Source: a virus. Taken from it: 64,000 bases of DNA. Position 1 is the stretch's first letter. Each line of letters opens with the position of its first letter. The notes below the pieces were generated by a model, which was not told where the DNA came from, made no database searches, and saw only the letters and a list, made by a program, of their open reading frames with translations. Position numbers and translations under genes: made by a program. Positions 35,761-45,631 of the stretch are shown piece by piece. The DNA lies in IMG/VR virus record IMGVR_UViG_2623620549_000002, positions 1,871 through 65,870 of that record; one strand, written 5' to 3'.

Positions 35761-36357
35761 GTGATTAACTGGTCTGACGTTGTACCCGTAACGGTTGTAG
35801 CAGCCATAGCAATCTTCGGAATTAAAGAAATTCTAGAATTTAGGCGGCGGAAAATTGCCGATGTGAGAAAGCTCTCGGCACTCAAAAAACTATTTGCACG
35901 GGAATGCGAACTTAATGCATGGACGATAAAGGCGCTCGTACGTATTTTTCAAGGTTTCAAAGATGATCCAAGCGATCTAGATTTTGTCACAATAGCGACA
36001 CATAAAAGTGGGCATGTTTATTTGCACGTACAGGATGATTCAAAAAATCTTTTGGGTCAAACTTGGGTTCCATCGGTGCAGCGTGAGGCAATGTCTAAAT
36101 ATTCTTTAGATGTCGCCACGCTCAGTGAGGAGTTTTATGGCCTTGTTGAGATAGCACTTGATGGACTTGCTCAGACTCAGCATGTTCGTGATTACATCTT
36201 GCAACTGGGTGAGGAAAACACATTTCTGGATCGCTCTGATTATTCTGCTAGCCTGGCCGATTATTCTCTTGAAGAACTCGCGGACGCGCAGGATGCACTT
36301 AAGAAATTGTATACGTATTGCACCGGAAAGATTCTTGAGGGGCACAGACTTCGCTGA
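35761..36357 (+). CDS. AT-rich moron, N-terminally anchored protein
   Basis: VTVVAAIAIFGI TM segment; sharp GC drop; between head genes. Confidence 0.7.
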   Translation: MINWSDVVPVTVVAAIAIFGIKEILEFRRRKIADVRKLSALKKLFARECELNAWTIKALVRIFQGFKDDPSDLDFVTIATHKSGHVYLHVQDDSKNLLGQTWVPSVQREAMSKYSLDVATLSEEFYGLVEIALDGLAQTQHVRDYILQLGEENTFLDRSDYSASLADYSLEELADAQDALKKLYTYCTGKILEGHRLR

Positions 36358-36388
36358 TTGATGTAGTCCCCTAATAGTTTGAATTTGC

Positions 36389-36412
36389 AAGCCGCCTTAA
36401 GGCGGCTTTTTT
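36389..36412 (+). terminator. intrinsic terminator after moron
   Basis: AAGCCGCC-TTAA-GGCGGCTT-TTTT. Confidence 0.7.
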
Positions 36413-36487
36413 TATGCCGCAAGCGGACGCGACGCGGTGCACGGCCGGAAGGCCATTCACAAGGGCGGATGCCCGGAAAGCCACCAA

Positions 36488-37282
36488 ATGAAACTCAAAC
36501 TCGATGCAAATGGCAACGCAGTGCTGCAAGATGGCAAACCTGTCTACATTCTGGACGACGGTCGCGAAGTTGCGCACGACGCCGCCGCGACCGTGGCGAA
36601 GATTTCCAGCCTGAACGGTGAGGCTATGAGCCATCGCCAGGCGAAAGAGGCTGCCGAAGCCGCACTGAAGCCATTCAAGGATGCTGGCATCGAAGATGCG
36701 GCCGCCGCCGCTGCTGCGCTCCAGACTATGGCGAATATCAATTCCGGCGATCTGACCACGGCGGCCAAGGTGCAAGAGATCAAGGATGCTGCGACGCGCT
36801 CGGCGAACGAGGCAGTCGCTGCGGCAACCCGGGCGGCCGAAGAAAAGCAGCGCACGCTGACCGAGCAGAACACGAAGCTCACCAACGACCTGAACGATCA
36901 CATTATTGGCGGCTCGTTCGCGAGCTCCAAATTCATTTCCGAGAAGCTGGCTATCCCGGCTGACATGGCGCGGACCTTCTTCGGCAGTCGCTTCAAAGTC
37001 GATGGCGGCAAGCTGGTTCCGATGGACCAGCAGGGCAACCCCATTTTCTCGTCCACGAACCATGGCAACCACGCTGACTTCGATGAAGCCATCCAAGTGA
37101 TGGTCGGCCAATACGCCAACAAAGACATGATCTTGAAAGGCAGTGGCGCCTCCGGTGGTGGTGCTGGTGGCGGCAAGAGCGGCGCCGGCGGTGGCAAGGA
37201 AATCCCGCGCTCCCAGTTCTTTACCATGGCCCCGCAGGCGCAGGCCGAGGCAATCAAGGGCGGCGCGGTCGTTACTGATTAA
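36488..37282 (+). CDS. capsid scaffolding protein (DUF6651-like)
   Basis: MKLKLDANGNAVLQDGKPVY; Ala-rich coiled coil; GSGASGGG tail; precedes capsid. Confidence 0.8.
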   Translation: MKLKLDANGNAVLQDGKPVYILDDGREVAHDAAATVAKISSLNGEAMSHRQAKEAAEAALKPFKDAGIEDAAAAAAALQTMANINSGDLTTAAKVQEIKDAATRSANEAVAAATRAAEEKQRTLTEQNTKLTNDLNDHIIGGSFASSKFISEKLAIPADMARTFFGSRFKVDGGKLVPMDQQGNPIFSSTNHGNHADFDEAIQVMVGQYANKDMILKGSGASGGGAGGGKSGAGGGKEIPRSQFFTMAPQAQAEAIKGGAVVTD

Positions 37283-37403
37283 GCAGTTGCAACCAATTCA
37301 CCCAGTCTTCTCAATGAACTATTTTTATGCCTTGCTGATGGATGTCGGCGGGGTGCTTTGGGCTGGATAGCCTATCCGTTCTACAACTCAAACCATCCCG
37401 ACT

Positions 37404-37428
37404 GGCTCGCATTACGCGGGCCTTTTTT
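37404..37428 (+). terminator. hairpin before the capsid gene
   Basis: GGCTCGC-ATTAC-GCGGGCC-TTTTTT. Confidence 0.55.
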
Positions 37429-37449
37429 ATTCCCGAAAGGCATTAGCAA

Positions 37450-38619
37450 ATGACCATCCTTACCCTTACCGGCCTCATCCCCGACATCTATGCAGCAATG
37501 AACGTCATTGCGCGCGAGCAAGTTGGCTTCATCCCGGCCGTGTCGCGCGACTCGACCGCCGAGCGCGCTGCCCTGAACCAGACTGTCCGCTCGCCAGTCG
37601 TCGGCGCAATGGCCGCCGAAGACCTGACGCAAGGCGCGTACGCTGAAGACGCTGGTAATCAGACCATCAACTACGTCGACATGACGATCTCGAAGCAGCG
37701 CTCCGTCCCGTTCGGCATCAACGGCGATGATACCCAGCGCCTGCAAAGCGCTGGCACTTACGCCAACATCAATCAGCAGCGTATCGCGCAGGCCTTGCGG
37801 ACGCTGACGAACGAAGTGGAAGCGGACCTGGCCGCCACCAGTATCAAGTTGAGCCGCGCCTATGGCGCAGTGGGCACGATCCCCTTTGGCACCTCGGGCG
37901 ACCTGTCCGACTTCGCCCAGCCGAAGAAGATCCTGAAAGACAATGGTGCACCGTTGTCTGATCTGCATATGGTCCTGGGCTCCGCTGCGATGGCGAATAT
38001 CGAAGGCAAACAGGCCGGTCTGTTCCGCGTGAACGAAGCCGGCACCGACGATCTGCTGCGTCGTGGCGCGGTTAGCGTGGTCCAAGGCTTCGACCTGCAC
38101 AACTCGGGCGCGATTGGCGACCTGATCGTGGCCGGCAATGCTGCAGCTGCGACGACCAGCAATGCTGGTCACGCCAAAGGCGCGACCGTGATTAACCTTG
38201 CTGCGGCAGGTACCGGCGCCTTTCTCGCTGGCGACATCGTGAGATTTGCTGGTGACCCGAACCAGTACATTCTGGCCGCTGGTGATACCGATGCGTCGAA
38301 CGGCGGCCAGATCCGCTTGCAAGCGCCGGGCCTGCGCCAGGCAATCCCAGCCGCGGCCACCGGCATTACGCTGATCGCGGCGACCGTGCGCAATGCGTTC
38401 TTCCAGCGCGCCGCGCTCCAACTTGCGACCCGCGCGCCCGCCATGCCTCAGGGCGGCGACTCGGCCGACGACGTTATGTTGGTGCCAGATCCGATCTCGG
38501 GCATCACCTACGAATTCTGCATCTACAAACAAAAGCGTCAAGTTCGCTACGAGGTCAATTTGGCCTGGGGCACGGCGGCGCCGAATCCCCACCTGGGCGG
38601 CCACCTGATCGGCGGCTAA
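37450..38619 (+). CDS. major capsid protein (P22 coat-like)
   Basis: 389 aa after scaffold; LTGLIPDIYAAMNVIAREQVGFIP...LTNEVEADL. Confidence 0.85.
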   Translation: MTILTLTGLIPDIYAAMNVIAREQVGFIPAVSRDSTAERAALNQTVRSPVVGAMAAEDLTQGAYAEDAGNQTINYVDMTISKQRSVPFGINGDDTQRLQSAGTYANINQQRIAQALRTLTNEVEADLAATSIKLSRAYGAVGTIPFGTSGDLSDFAQPKKILKDNGAPLSDLHMVLGSAAMANIEGKQAGLFRVNEAGTDDLLRRGAVSVVQGFDLHNSGAIGDLIVAGNAAAATTSNAGHAKGATVINLAAAGTGAFLAGDIVRFAGDPNQYILAAGDTDASNGGQIRLQAPGLRQAIPAAATGITLIAATVRNAFFQRAALQLATRAPAMPQGGDSADDVMLVPDPISGITYEFCIYKQKRQVRYEVNLAWGTAAPNPHLGGHLIGG

Positions 38620-38673
38620 TCCATCAACGTCACCCGGCGGCCAGCATGGAGCCGGGCAACCTACGAGAACAAC

Positions 38674-39069
38674 ATGACCACTATCAAGATCAAACCAAGC
38701 CACCCAAGCCAGGGCGACTTCGTCCTGATTGATAAATCCGACTTCAACCCCGACGTGCACGAGGTGTACGGCGACGATCAGGAGCTGGGCGCGCACATCG
38801 AGCGAGCGCCCACCATGGCCGAACTGCTCGCCGCGCGCGATCAACTGGCAGAACGCGGGCGTGAGCTGAATGAGCGTGAACAAAGCCTGATAGCCGAGAT
38901 GGACCGCGTCGCCGAGCAGGCCCGGGCCAACGAGGTCGAAGCGCAGCGCCTGCGCGGCGAAGCGGCAATCCTTCAGGCCGCTAAGGATGCTGCTGTCTCC
39001 GCCGCACAGGTGCCAGTTGCACCGGCCACCGCCACGGCCGAGAAGCCAGCGAAGGCTGCCAAGGCGTAA
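38674..39069 (+). CDS. phage structural/hypothetical protein
   Basis: MTTIKIKPSHPSQGDFVLIDKSDFNPDVHE plus coiled coil; directly after capsid. Confidence 0.7.
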   Translation: MTTIKIKPSHPSQGDFVLIDKSDFNPDVHEVYGDDQELGAHIERAPTMAELLAARDQLAERGRELNEREQSLIAEMDRVAEQARANEVEAQRLRGEAAILQAAKDAAVSAAQVPVAPATATAEKPAKAAKA

Positions 39070-39131
39070 TCCCTGTCCAGATCCGCCCCGCATGCCGGGG
39101 CACCACATAAACCGCAATTCCGAAAGCCAAT

Positions 39132-40976
39132 ATGCCAACCATTACTGCCGGCGGCACGCCGCAAACTATCAAGCTGCCTGAGGGGCAAGTCCTGAATGTC
39201 AGCGGTGTCGCTGGCGCGGCCGGCATGGTGTATCGACTCGATCCGATTTTGGGCGGAACGAACTCGCTGCAGTCCTGGCCGGTCGGCAATGGTGCGCTGG
39301 CGTCTATCGGGCCGTACGCCGGTGAGCAGCGATTTTTGGTGTCGTGTTCGGTCGGTAGTGTGGATGTAGCAGTAGCGAGTGCGATCTTATCGATCGCGCC
39401 GGCGACTATCGTGCCCAGTGCCAGCGAAAGCCCTGTTCGCGTTGTTGTCGGTGGCGATTCGATCAGTGAAATGTACGACTTCACCGACGGCAATGGCGCG
39501 AGCATTGTTGCGCCGGGAGTGGCGCGGGTTACGTTTGCCGCTGCCTTCCCCGGCGGTGCTTACTGGCCTGGCGATCCGATTAAGGTCGTGAAGGCGCCGC
39601 TGCGGGAAGCAAATCAGATGAGCTCCACCGTCCTGGCTGTTGATCCAGCTCGGCTTTGGCTTGAATATGGTGTCAGCAGGGCGCAAGAATGCGCCGTGCT
39701 GTCTTCAGCCCCATCGGTGTACCGAAAATACGCCATCGCCTTCAGCTCATACATTGCCCAGGCGTTTGCCCTGGCCGGCAGGCCGTATCGGGTAGTGACC
39801 GATGCAGCAATGGCTGGTGGAGACTCGATTCAGGTGGGCGAGGTCATGCGGCGTGATTGGCAGCCGAACGACGTAGCCATTTATGCGCCGGGCATGAATG
39901 ACGTGTATGCGCGCGGCTGGTCATTTGCGCAGATTCGGGACAACGATATTGCCAATTTGACGTATATGCGGAATAAAACCCCGCGACTGATCATTTCCTC
40001 TATCCCCGCGCGGTCGCCGTTGAACAATGGGTGGTCGGCGGAACGTTATGCTACCTGGCGTCAGGTGAACGAGTGGCGCCAGCGTTATGCCGCCGAAATA
40101 GGTGCAACGTTTATCAACTGGTCAGCGTCCAGCGTAGGTCCACGCACCTACAGCGACCCGCTTGCAATGAATGCTGACACTTTCACCAACGGCGCACAGC
40201 AAACGAGTATTGATGGTGTGCATCCGATTGGCTTGGGCGGCGTCATCGGTGGCGCTGGCTTCGCGCCGAGCATGAAGGTTCTATCGTCGGCAGACCCACT
40301 GCCGGCCAGTGCCGGTGCTGGCCTGCTGGTCGATGACTACGTTTTTCCGAATCCCATGCTTATTCGCTCCGCTACACCTGGCGGCGCAGACGGGGCGGCC
40401 ACGTTCCAGAACCTCGCGGGCGCAGCAGGTGCCGAGATCGCTGACAACTGCATGCTGTCGTATCTATCAGGCTCAGGCGCTGCCGTTATCGTGAAATGCG
40501 GCGTTCTGGCGCGCAGCCAGGCTGTGCACGGCGATGTTCTTGGCAACTCCCAGCGCATCATTGTCGACAATACTGCTGGGGCGGCAACTGCAAACTTTAT
40601 TTTTAAGACTGACGATTTCAAGGCAGCGATGCGCGATGGCGACACGGTCGACTATGGCCTTCATTTACTGACATCGAGCGCGGCTACGCCGGGATCGGGT
40701 GATCCTGATGGCCTGATTAGCTACGGAGTGACCTTGCTGGACCAGCATGCCGTTGCATTGAACAAGTCGGACTCGGCGCTCGGGAGTACAGGGGGGACTG
40801 GCTGCATCCCTTCTGTATCGGTCAAGCCTATTCGATTGGGGGCGCCAACACGCCGGGTTGCAGTTGCTGGAGCGTTCAGCTCGACGCGCATGCAGATACC
40901 GTTCTCAGTTGCCGCAGGAAAATCAGCTTGCATTGACCTAGGGCGCATTTTGGTGCGTCGGGGCGCAAAAGTATAA
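39132..40976 (+). CDS. SGNH-hydrolase-domain virion-region protein
   Basis: GGDSISE (block I), PGMND (block III), DGVHP (block V); beta-rich N- and C-terminal domains. Confidence 0.75.
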   Translation: MPTITAGGTPQTIKLPEGQVLNVSGVAGAAGMVYRLDPILGGTNSLQSWPVGNGALASIGPYAGEQRFLVSCSVGSVDVAVASAILSIAPATIVPSASESPVRVVVGGDSISEMYDFTDGNGASIVAPGVARVTFAAAFPGGAYWPGDPIKVVKAPLREANQMSSTVLAVDPARLWLEYGVSRAQECAVLSSAPSVYRKYAIAFSSYIAQAFALAGRPYRVVTDAAMAGGDSIQVGEVMRRDWQPNDVAIYAPGMNDVYARGWSFAQIRDNDIANLTYMRNKTPRLIISSIPARSPLNNGWSAERYATWRQVNEWRQRYAAEIGATFINWSASSVGPRTYSDPLAMNADTFTNGAQQTSIDGVHPIGLGGVIGGAGFAPSMKVLSSADPLPASAGAGLLVDDYVFPNPMLIRSATPGGADGAATFQNLAGAAGAEIADNCMLSYLSGSGAAVIVKCGVLARSQAVHGDVLGNSQRIIVDNTAGAATANFIFKTDDFKAAMRDGDTVDYGLHLLTSSAATPGSGDPDGLISYGVTLLDQHAVALNKSDSALGSTGGTGCIPSVSVKPIRLGAPTRRVAVAGAFSSTRMQIPFSVAAGKSACIDLGRILVRRGAKV

Positions 40977-40987
40977 AGGGGAGCCTT

Positions 40988-41125
40988 ATGGCGATCACTA
41001 CAGAAATTGGCGCTGGCCTGCCCGATACCGAATCTTATGTCAGTGTCGTTGCGGCAAACGTGCGGTGCGCCAGCCTGTGGCTGACAGCCTGGGCGGCGTT
41101 GCTACCGCCTAGTTCTAACACTTAA
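40988..41125 (+). pseudogene. truncated duplicate of the 5' end of the DnaT-like adaptor gene
   Basis: MAITTEIGAGLPDTESYVSVVAANVRCASLWLTAWAAL vs MLVETGAGLPDAESYASIAAADARCASLGLTAWAAL at 42079. Confidence 0.8.
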
Positions 41126-42009
41126 TTCTTGTCGATTTCGATCGGGGCGGTTCTCTCAAAATAACGAAGCTGAAGCTGTAGAGACTGAAGTTCTCCAAAT
41201 AAAGTTTCAACGCCGACATGTTCGAAAGCGATATGCGTAATCTCTATATCAGGGCGTATCTTTGATTTATGCCATTCGATGTCTTCTCCGGTTGGAGGAT
41301 GTAGTTGAATTAATCCATGAGACTTAGAAAATTCTGAGGGGGATTGGTCAAAAGGACTTACTGTTGGATTTTCCAATCTAGTACTAAATATCATGAAGTC
41401 TAAATTCTCAATGCCGACTATTGTTTTCTGAGAATTTGTCTCCGAAACCAACGGAGTCTTATCTGCGCGAAACATCCGGTATCCGTGGTGAAATAATCTG
41501 CACTTCCATGATTCCCCACTGTGCCTCCCTACAAATATTCTCCACTCCCCTTGCGGAGGAAGTCGCAGGCTACGAAGCCAAAGCCGCTCCGTTTCTAGTA
41601 TCGACATGGTATCTGGATCGTCGAATTCAAATGTCATTGCTGTCATAGTCGCCCAAGCAGCAAGGATGGCTTGATCCTTTGTACTAATCAAGAAATTCAC
41701 GTCTTGTATCATTTTTATGATAATCGATGATGCCCGGTCTTGAAGCACGCTCATCCACTCATTGTTGCATTTGACGCAAACGACTTTTAGGCGCTTTGAT
41801 CTTGGGCTACCGTTTTTTTGCTTAACCACTGTAGAACTCATGCCGTCGGTCTTGGTTCTTGATTTGGATTGAAAAGTGCGATCCTCGTGTTTACGAGGGG
41901 TGAGTATTTTATCGAGCCACTGCGGAAGTACATGTTCATCACTGTTCGCGTCGTTTTTGCAAAAAGCACATTGTTGTTTATGCACATACTGTGATGGCTT
42001 GGCGGACAT
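41122..42009 (-). CDS. antisense moron, HNH-like Zn-binding protein
   Basis: CAFC...SDEHVLPQWL and LKVVCVKCNNEWMS; AT-rich. Confidence 0.7.
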   Translation of the reverse strand: MSAKPSQYVHKQQCAFCKNDANSDEHVLPQWLDKILTPRKHEDRTFQSKSRTKTDGMSSTVVKQKNGSPRSKRLKVVCVKCNNEWMSVLQDRASSIIIKMIQDVNFLISTKDQAILAAWATMTAMTFEFDDPDTMSILETERLWLRSLRLPPQGEWRIFVGRHSGESWKCRLFHHGYRMFRADKTPLVSETNSQKTIVGIENLDFMIFSTRLENPTVSPFDQSPSEFSKSHGLIQLHPPTGEDIEWHKSKIRPDIEITHIAFEHVGVETLFGELQSLQLQLRYFERTAPIEIDKN

Positions 42010-42078
42010 TCATTGCTCCTTGAGTTGTACTTGCTATTTAAACACATTCTCAAACGCAAAAATCAAAGGAGCACAAAT

Positions 42079-42588
42079 ATGCTAGTCGAAACCGGCGCTG
42101 GCCTGCCCGACGCCGAATCCTACGCCAGCATCGCTGCTGCAGATGCGCGGTGCGCCAGCCTGGGGCTGACCGCCTGGGCGGCGTTGGCTGATGGCGACAA
42201 GGAAATCGCGTTGCGCAAGGCAATGATCTTCATGGCGACCTACCGCACACGTTGGGCCGGTCGCCGGGTCAATCAGCACCAGGCACTGGACTGGCCACGC
42301 TACAACGTGGTGGTCGACGGCTTCATCGTGCCCAGCACGATCGTGCCTGCCGATGTCGTAAATGCCTGCATCGACCTGGCCGTGCGCGCCGGGCGCAGCG
42401 AGGATCTTCTACCTGATCTCGACACCGGCTCGAATGCCATCAAGAAAGACAAAACGGGGCCACTGGAAACGGAGTATTTTCAGAACACCACGGACGCGCG
42501 CGAGCGCTTCGTGGCCGTTGACGCACTCTTGGCGCCTTACTTCGGCTCGGCCGGCGGCGGCAATTCGATCAAGGTGGTGCGAGCATGA
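42079..42588 (+). CDS. head-tail adaptor (DnaT-like ssDNA-binding domain family)
   Basis: AGLPDAESYASIAAAD...QALDWPR...VVNACIDLA; AAGGAG RBS. Confidence 0.8.
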   Translation: MLVETGAGLPDAESYASIAAADARCASLGLTAWAALADGDKEIALRKAMIFMATYRTRWAGRRVNQHQALDWPRYNVVVDGFIVPSTIVPADVVNACIDLAVRAGRSEDLLPDLDTGSNAIKKDKTGPLETEYFQNTTDARERFVAVDALLAPYFGSAGGGNSIKVVRA

Positions 42589-42956
42589 GCGCTTTTCCAG
42601 CAGTCAAGATTGACGGCTGTTTCGTCGCCGACAACACGTATCGCGAGGGCGATAAGGTGTGGATCGTCACCAACCTGATAGTACGCGCCAAGGACCTGGT
42701 CCCGTTCGATCTGCCGCTGGCGGCAATTTATAGCGGATCGGAAGTCTGGCCTGCAGTCGGATCGGCCTATGGCATCGCGCATCATGTGCGGCGCGCGCTG
42801 GACGTCGATACCAGTTTCCCGATCATCATGTGCCAGCAAGGCTTCATCATGGACGGCTGGCACCGGGTGCTGCGCGCGCTGATCGACGGCAAGACCACGA
42901 TCAAGGCCGTACGCTTCGCTGAGACGCCGCCGTACGACTACGTGAAAGTGCCATAG
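42585..42956 (+). CDS. ParB/Srx-like small protein
   Basis: FPIIMCQQGFIMDGWHRVLRALIDGKTTIKAVRF resembles the ParB-N GxHR motif. Confidence 0.6.
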   Translation: MSAFPAVKIDGCFVADNTYREGDKVWIVTNLIVRAKDLVPFDLPLAAIYSGSEVWPAVGSAYGIAHHVRRALDVDTSFPIIMCQQGFIMDGWHRVLRALIDGKTTIKAVRFAETPPYDYVKVP

Positions 42957-42959
42957 CCT

Positions 42960-43334
42960 ATGACCGATTACGCCAAAACTGCCGCGCGCGCCGACCAGTC
43001 CTTGCGCCGCAAGGGGGGAATCGTGGTGTTGCACCAGGTCGTGACCGGCGAATACGATCCTGACCTGGGCACGGCGCCCGCCACCACCACCGACTACGAG
43101 GGCACGGGCGTGAAGATTAACTACGAGGTCGAGAACATCGACGGCACGCTGATCCAGGCGGGCGACCAGCAGATGCTGCTGTCGCCGCTGCAGCGCAACG
43201 GTGCGCCAATGCCGACGCCGACCACGGCCGACTTGGTACTGTTTGGCGGCTCCAGCTATACGGTGAAGGCCGTCGAAACTACGGCACCGGTCGACGTGGC
43301 CGTGCTGTACACGCTGCAACTAAGGGGGCTTTGA
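42960..43334 (+). CDS. head-tail joining/closure protein
   Basis: Size and position; DGTLIQAGDQQMLL. Confidence 0.75.
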   Translation: MTDYAKTAARADQSLRRKGGIVVLHQVVTGEYDPDLGTAPATTTDYEGTGVKINYEVENIDGTLIQAGDQQMLLSPLQRNGAPMPTPTTADLVLFGGSSYTVKAVETTAPVDVAVLYTLQLRGL

Positions 43335-43831
43335 TGGCCAGTATGTCGTTTTCCATGCAGATCGCCGAATTCATCGCCAAGACCAAGGCCAATCAGGATC
43401 TGGTGGTGCGCGCCATCACCATGAAGGTTGACAACAAGCTGGTGCAGCGCTCGCCGGTCGGCGATGCGAAGTACTGGACGCACAAGCCACCGCCCGGCTA
43501 CACAGGCGGCCGTTTCCGCGCTAACTGGCAACTTTCCATCGGTTCGCCGGCCGCTGGCGTGCGTGACTTGATCGACAAGAACGGCAGCGCCACAATCGCT
43601 GCCCACGGCAGCACGATCAGCGCTGCGAAGTCCGGCGACGTGATCTACCTCGTGAACAACTTGCCATACGCGAAGCGCATCGAGGAGGGCTGGTCCGGCC
43701 AGGCGCCCGTCGGCGTGGTGATGCTGACGGTCGTGGAATTCCGCACCATTGTGGACAATGCCGTGAACGGCGTGCGCGACGGCACCACCGCAAGCGAGTT
43801 CGCCCAAGGCTATTCGAGCTATAAATTATGA
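43334..43831 (+). CDS. HK97 gp10-like tail completion protein
   Basis: SPVG...TGGRFRANW...NNLPYAKRIEEGWSGQAP.G. Confidence 0.8.
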   Translation: MASMSFSMQIAEFIAKTKANQDLVVRAITMKVDNKLVQRSPVGDAKYWTHKPPPGYTGGRFRANWQLSIGSPAAGVRDLIDKNGSATIAAHGSTISAAKSGDVIYLVNNLPYAKRIEEGWSGQAPVGVVMLTVVEFRTIVDNAVNGVRDGTTASEFAQGYSSYKL

Positions 43832-44229
43832 GCCAACCAACAATACGCGCGGCGCTGGAGGCGGCCCTGGCCAGCCTCGGTCCGGCCATCGACACCGCAT
43901 GGCAAAATGTGCCGTACACACCGGTAACTGGCCGGCCATACCAGGCAGCCTACCTGCTGCCGGCGGAACCGGCCAATCATTCCATGGGCGACGGCTCGCG
44001 TCAGGAGCGCGGTATCTTCCAGGTCAGCCTGATGTATCCGCCAGGGCAGGGCACTGCTGCAGCCGGTGCGCGCGCCGAAATGATCAAGGATCTGTTTTGC
44101 CGCGGCGCAAGCTTCCCGAAGGGCGATTTGACTGTGCAGATCGAGCGCACACCGGAAATCGCGGACGGCCGCGAAGACGGCGACCGCTGGATGGTCCCGG
44201 TCAAAATCCGCTGGTTCTGCAACCTGTAA
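43828..44229 (+). CDS. tail terminator-like protein
   Basis: AWQNVPYTP...GIFQVSLMYPPGQG; position before tail tube. Confidence 0.8.
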   Translation: MSQPTIRAALEAALASLGPAIDTAWQNVPYTPVTGRPYQAAYLLPAEPANHSMGDGSRQERGIFQVSLMYPPGQGTAAAGARAEMIKDLFCRGASFPKGDLTVQIERTPEIADGREDGDRWMVPVKIRWFCNL

Positions 44230-44246
44230 CCCGCATCACCCCACAC

Positions 44247-44271
44247 AGATCGCCTCGGCGGTCTTTTTTTT
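44247..44271 (+). terminator. hairpin before tail tube gene
   Basis: AGATCGCC-TC-GGCGGTCT followed by a T-tract. Confidence 0.5.
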
Positions 44272-44296
44272 CGACCAAAGAAAGGCAATCCACACC

Positions 44297-45499
44297 ATGA
44301 CCACTGCAAACGGCATCGACAGCCTGCTCGTAATCGGCAAGCAACCGGCGGAAGGTACGAAGGCCCTGGCCGCCGCCGGCCGCCTCTATCCGCGCGTGAC
44401 AGCGACGTTCGACACGGACGCCGACAAGTACTCGAGCAACGAGATCGACCCGAGCCAGCAACAGAGCGACACGCGCCTGGGCAACTTCCGGACCTCCGGC
44501 GCCATCAAGGGTGAGGCTTCGTGCGGCACCTACGCAGTGCTGCTGGCTGCGCTGCTGCGCCGCGACTTCACGGCCGGCGGCGTCACCACGGCGCAAAACA
44601 CGATCGCATCGGGTGTAACGGGCCTGACGCGCAGCGCCGGTTCCTGGCTGGCCGACGGCCACCGCGCCGGTACCGTCGTGCGCATTGGCGGCTTCCTGAC
44701 CACCGGCGCCGCCAACAACGGCAAGAATTTCTTCGTTACGTCCGCCACAGCGCTGAAGCTCACGGGTCAGTTCATGGACGGCAGCGCGATGACGGTGAAG
44801 GTCGAGGGCGACCCGGTGACCGTGACCGCGACCGGCAAGCGCAGCTTCACGCCTCTGACCGGCCACACCACGGACTGGTTCACGGCGGAAGTGCAGGATC
44901 CGGGCATTGCCGTGAATCGCTGTTTCATCGACCAGTTGGTCAGCAAGGTTGACATCGCCGTGCAGCCGAATGGCATCACGAGCATGGACTTCACCCTGAT
45001 GGGCAAGCTGGAGGGCCCGACCACGCCGGCGGCTTACTTCGCGGCACCGGCCGCCACGCCCGGCACCGGCAAGTTCTCCGGCGCCACCGCGATGCTGTCG
45101 GTGGCGGGCATCCCGTCGCAAATCTGCACGGGCATGTCGTTGTCGCTGGACGGCCAGGTCAAGATCGATCCCGTGATCGGCTCCAAGTTCGCCACGGCTG
45201 CCTCGCGCGGCAAAGTGCTGGGCAGCGGCCAGTTCACCGTGCTGATGCAGGATTCGGCATATATCGACTACTTTAAGCAGGAAATCGAGCTGCCGCTGGC
45301 CTACGCCATGGCGGCCAGCACTGCGCCGCTGGCCGAAGTGATGACCATCGCCATGGGCCGCATCAAGATCACCTCGGCCAAGGTCGATGATGGCGAGAAA
45401 AACAAGATCGTCACCTGCGCCTTCGACATCCTGCGCTACCAAGGGGCTGATTCGCAGCACGAGGCAACGACCGTGGCGTTTCAAGACACCAGCCTGTAA
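44297..45499 (+). CDS. major tail tube protein
   Basis: 400 aa, Thr/Gly-rich; precedes tail assembly chaperones and TMP. Confidence 0.85.
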   Translation: MTTANGIDSLLVIGKQPAEGTKALAAAGRLYPRVTATFDTDADKYSSNEIDPSQQQSDTRLGNFRTSGAIKGEASCGTYAVLLAALLRRDFTAGGVTTAQNTIASGVTGLTRSAGSWLADGHRAGTVVRIGGFLTTGAANNGKNFFVTSATALKLTGQFMDGSAMTVKVEGDPVTVTATGKRSFTPLTGHTTDWFTAEVQDPGIAVNRCFIDQLVSKVDIAVQPNGITSMDFTLMGKLEGPTTPAAYFAAPAATPGTGKFSGATAMLSVAGIPSQICTGMSLSLDGQVKIDPVIGSKFATAASRGKVLGSGQFTVLMQDSAYIDYFKQEIELPLAYAMAASTAPLAEVMTIAMGRIKITSAKVDDGEKNKIVTCAFDILRYQGADSQHEATTVAFQDTSL

Positions 45500-45631
45500 C
45501 CCACTTGCACGGCCCTGCGCCGGGCTTTCTTTTGGCGCAAGCGCCACCCCAGCACCGACCGGTTGCTGTCGCCTTCGTGGGCGCGGCGGCCGGCACGGGC
45601 ACATATTTCCACCCCACGAAAGGCAATACCC

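Noticed and set aside
37381-39138. Long antisense ORFs over structural genes (e.g. 585 aa at 37381, 615 aa at 44201, 367 aa at 33248)
   Set aside because: They are shadow frames of GC-rich genes with strong codon bias and lack RBS, motifs or coupled junctions, unlike the sense ORFs over the lower-GC morons
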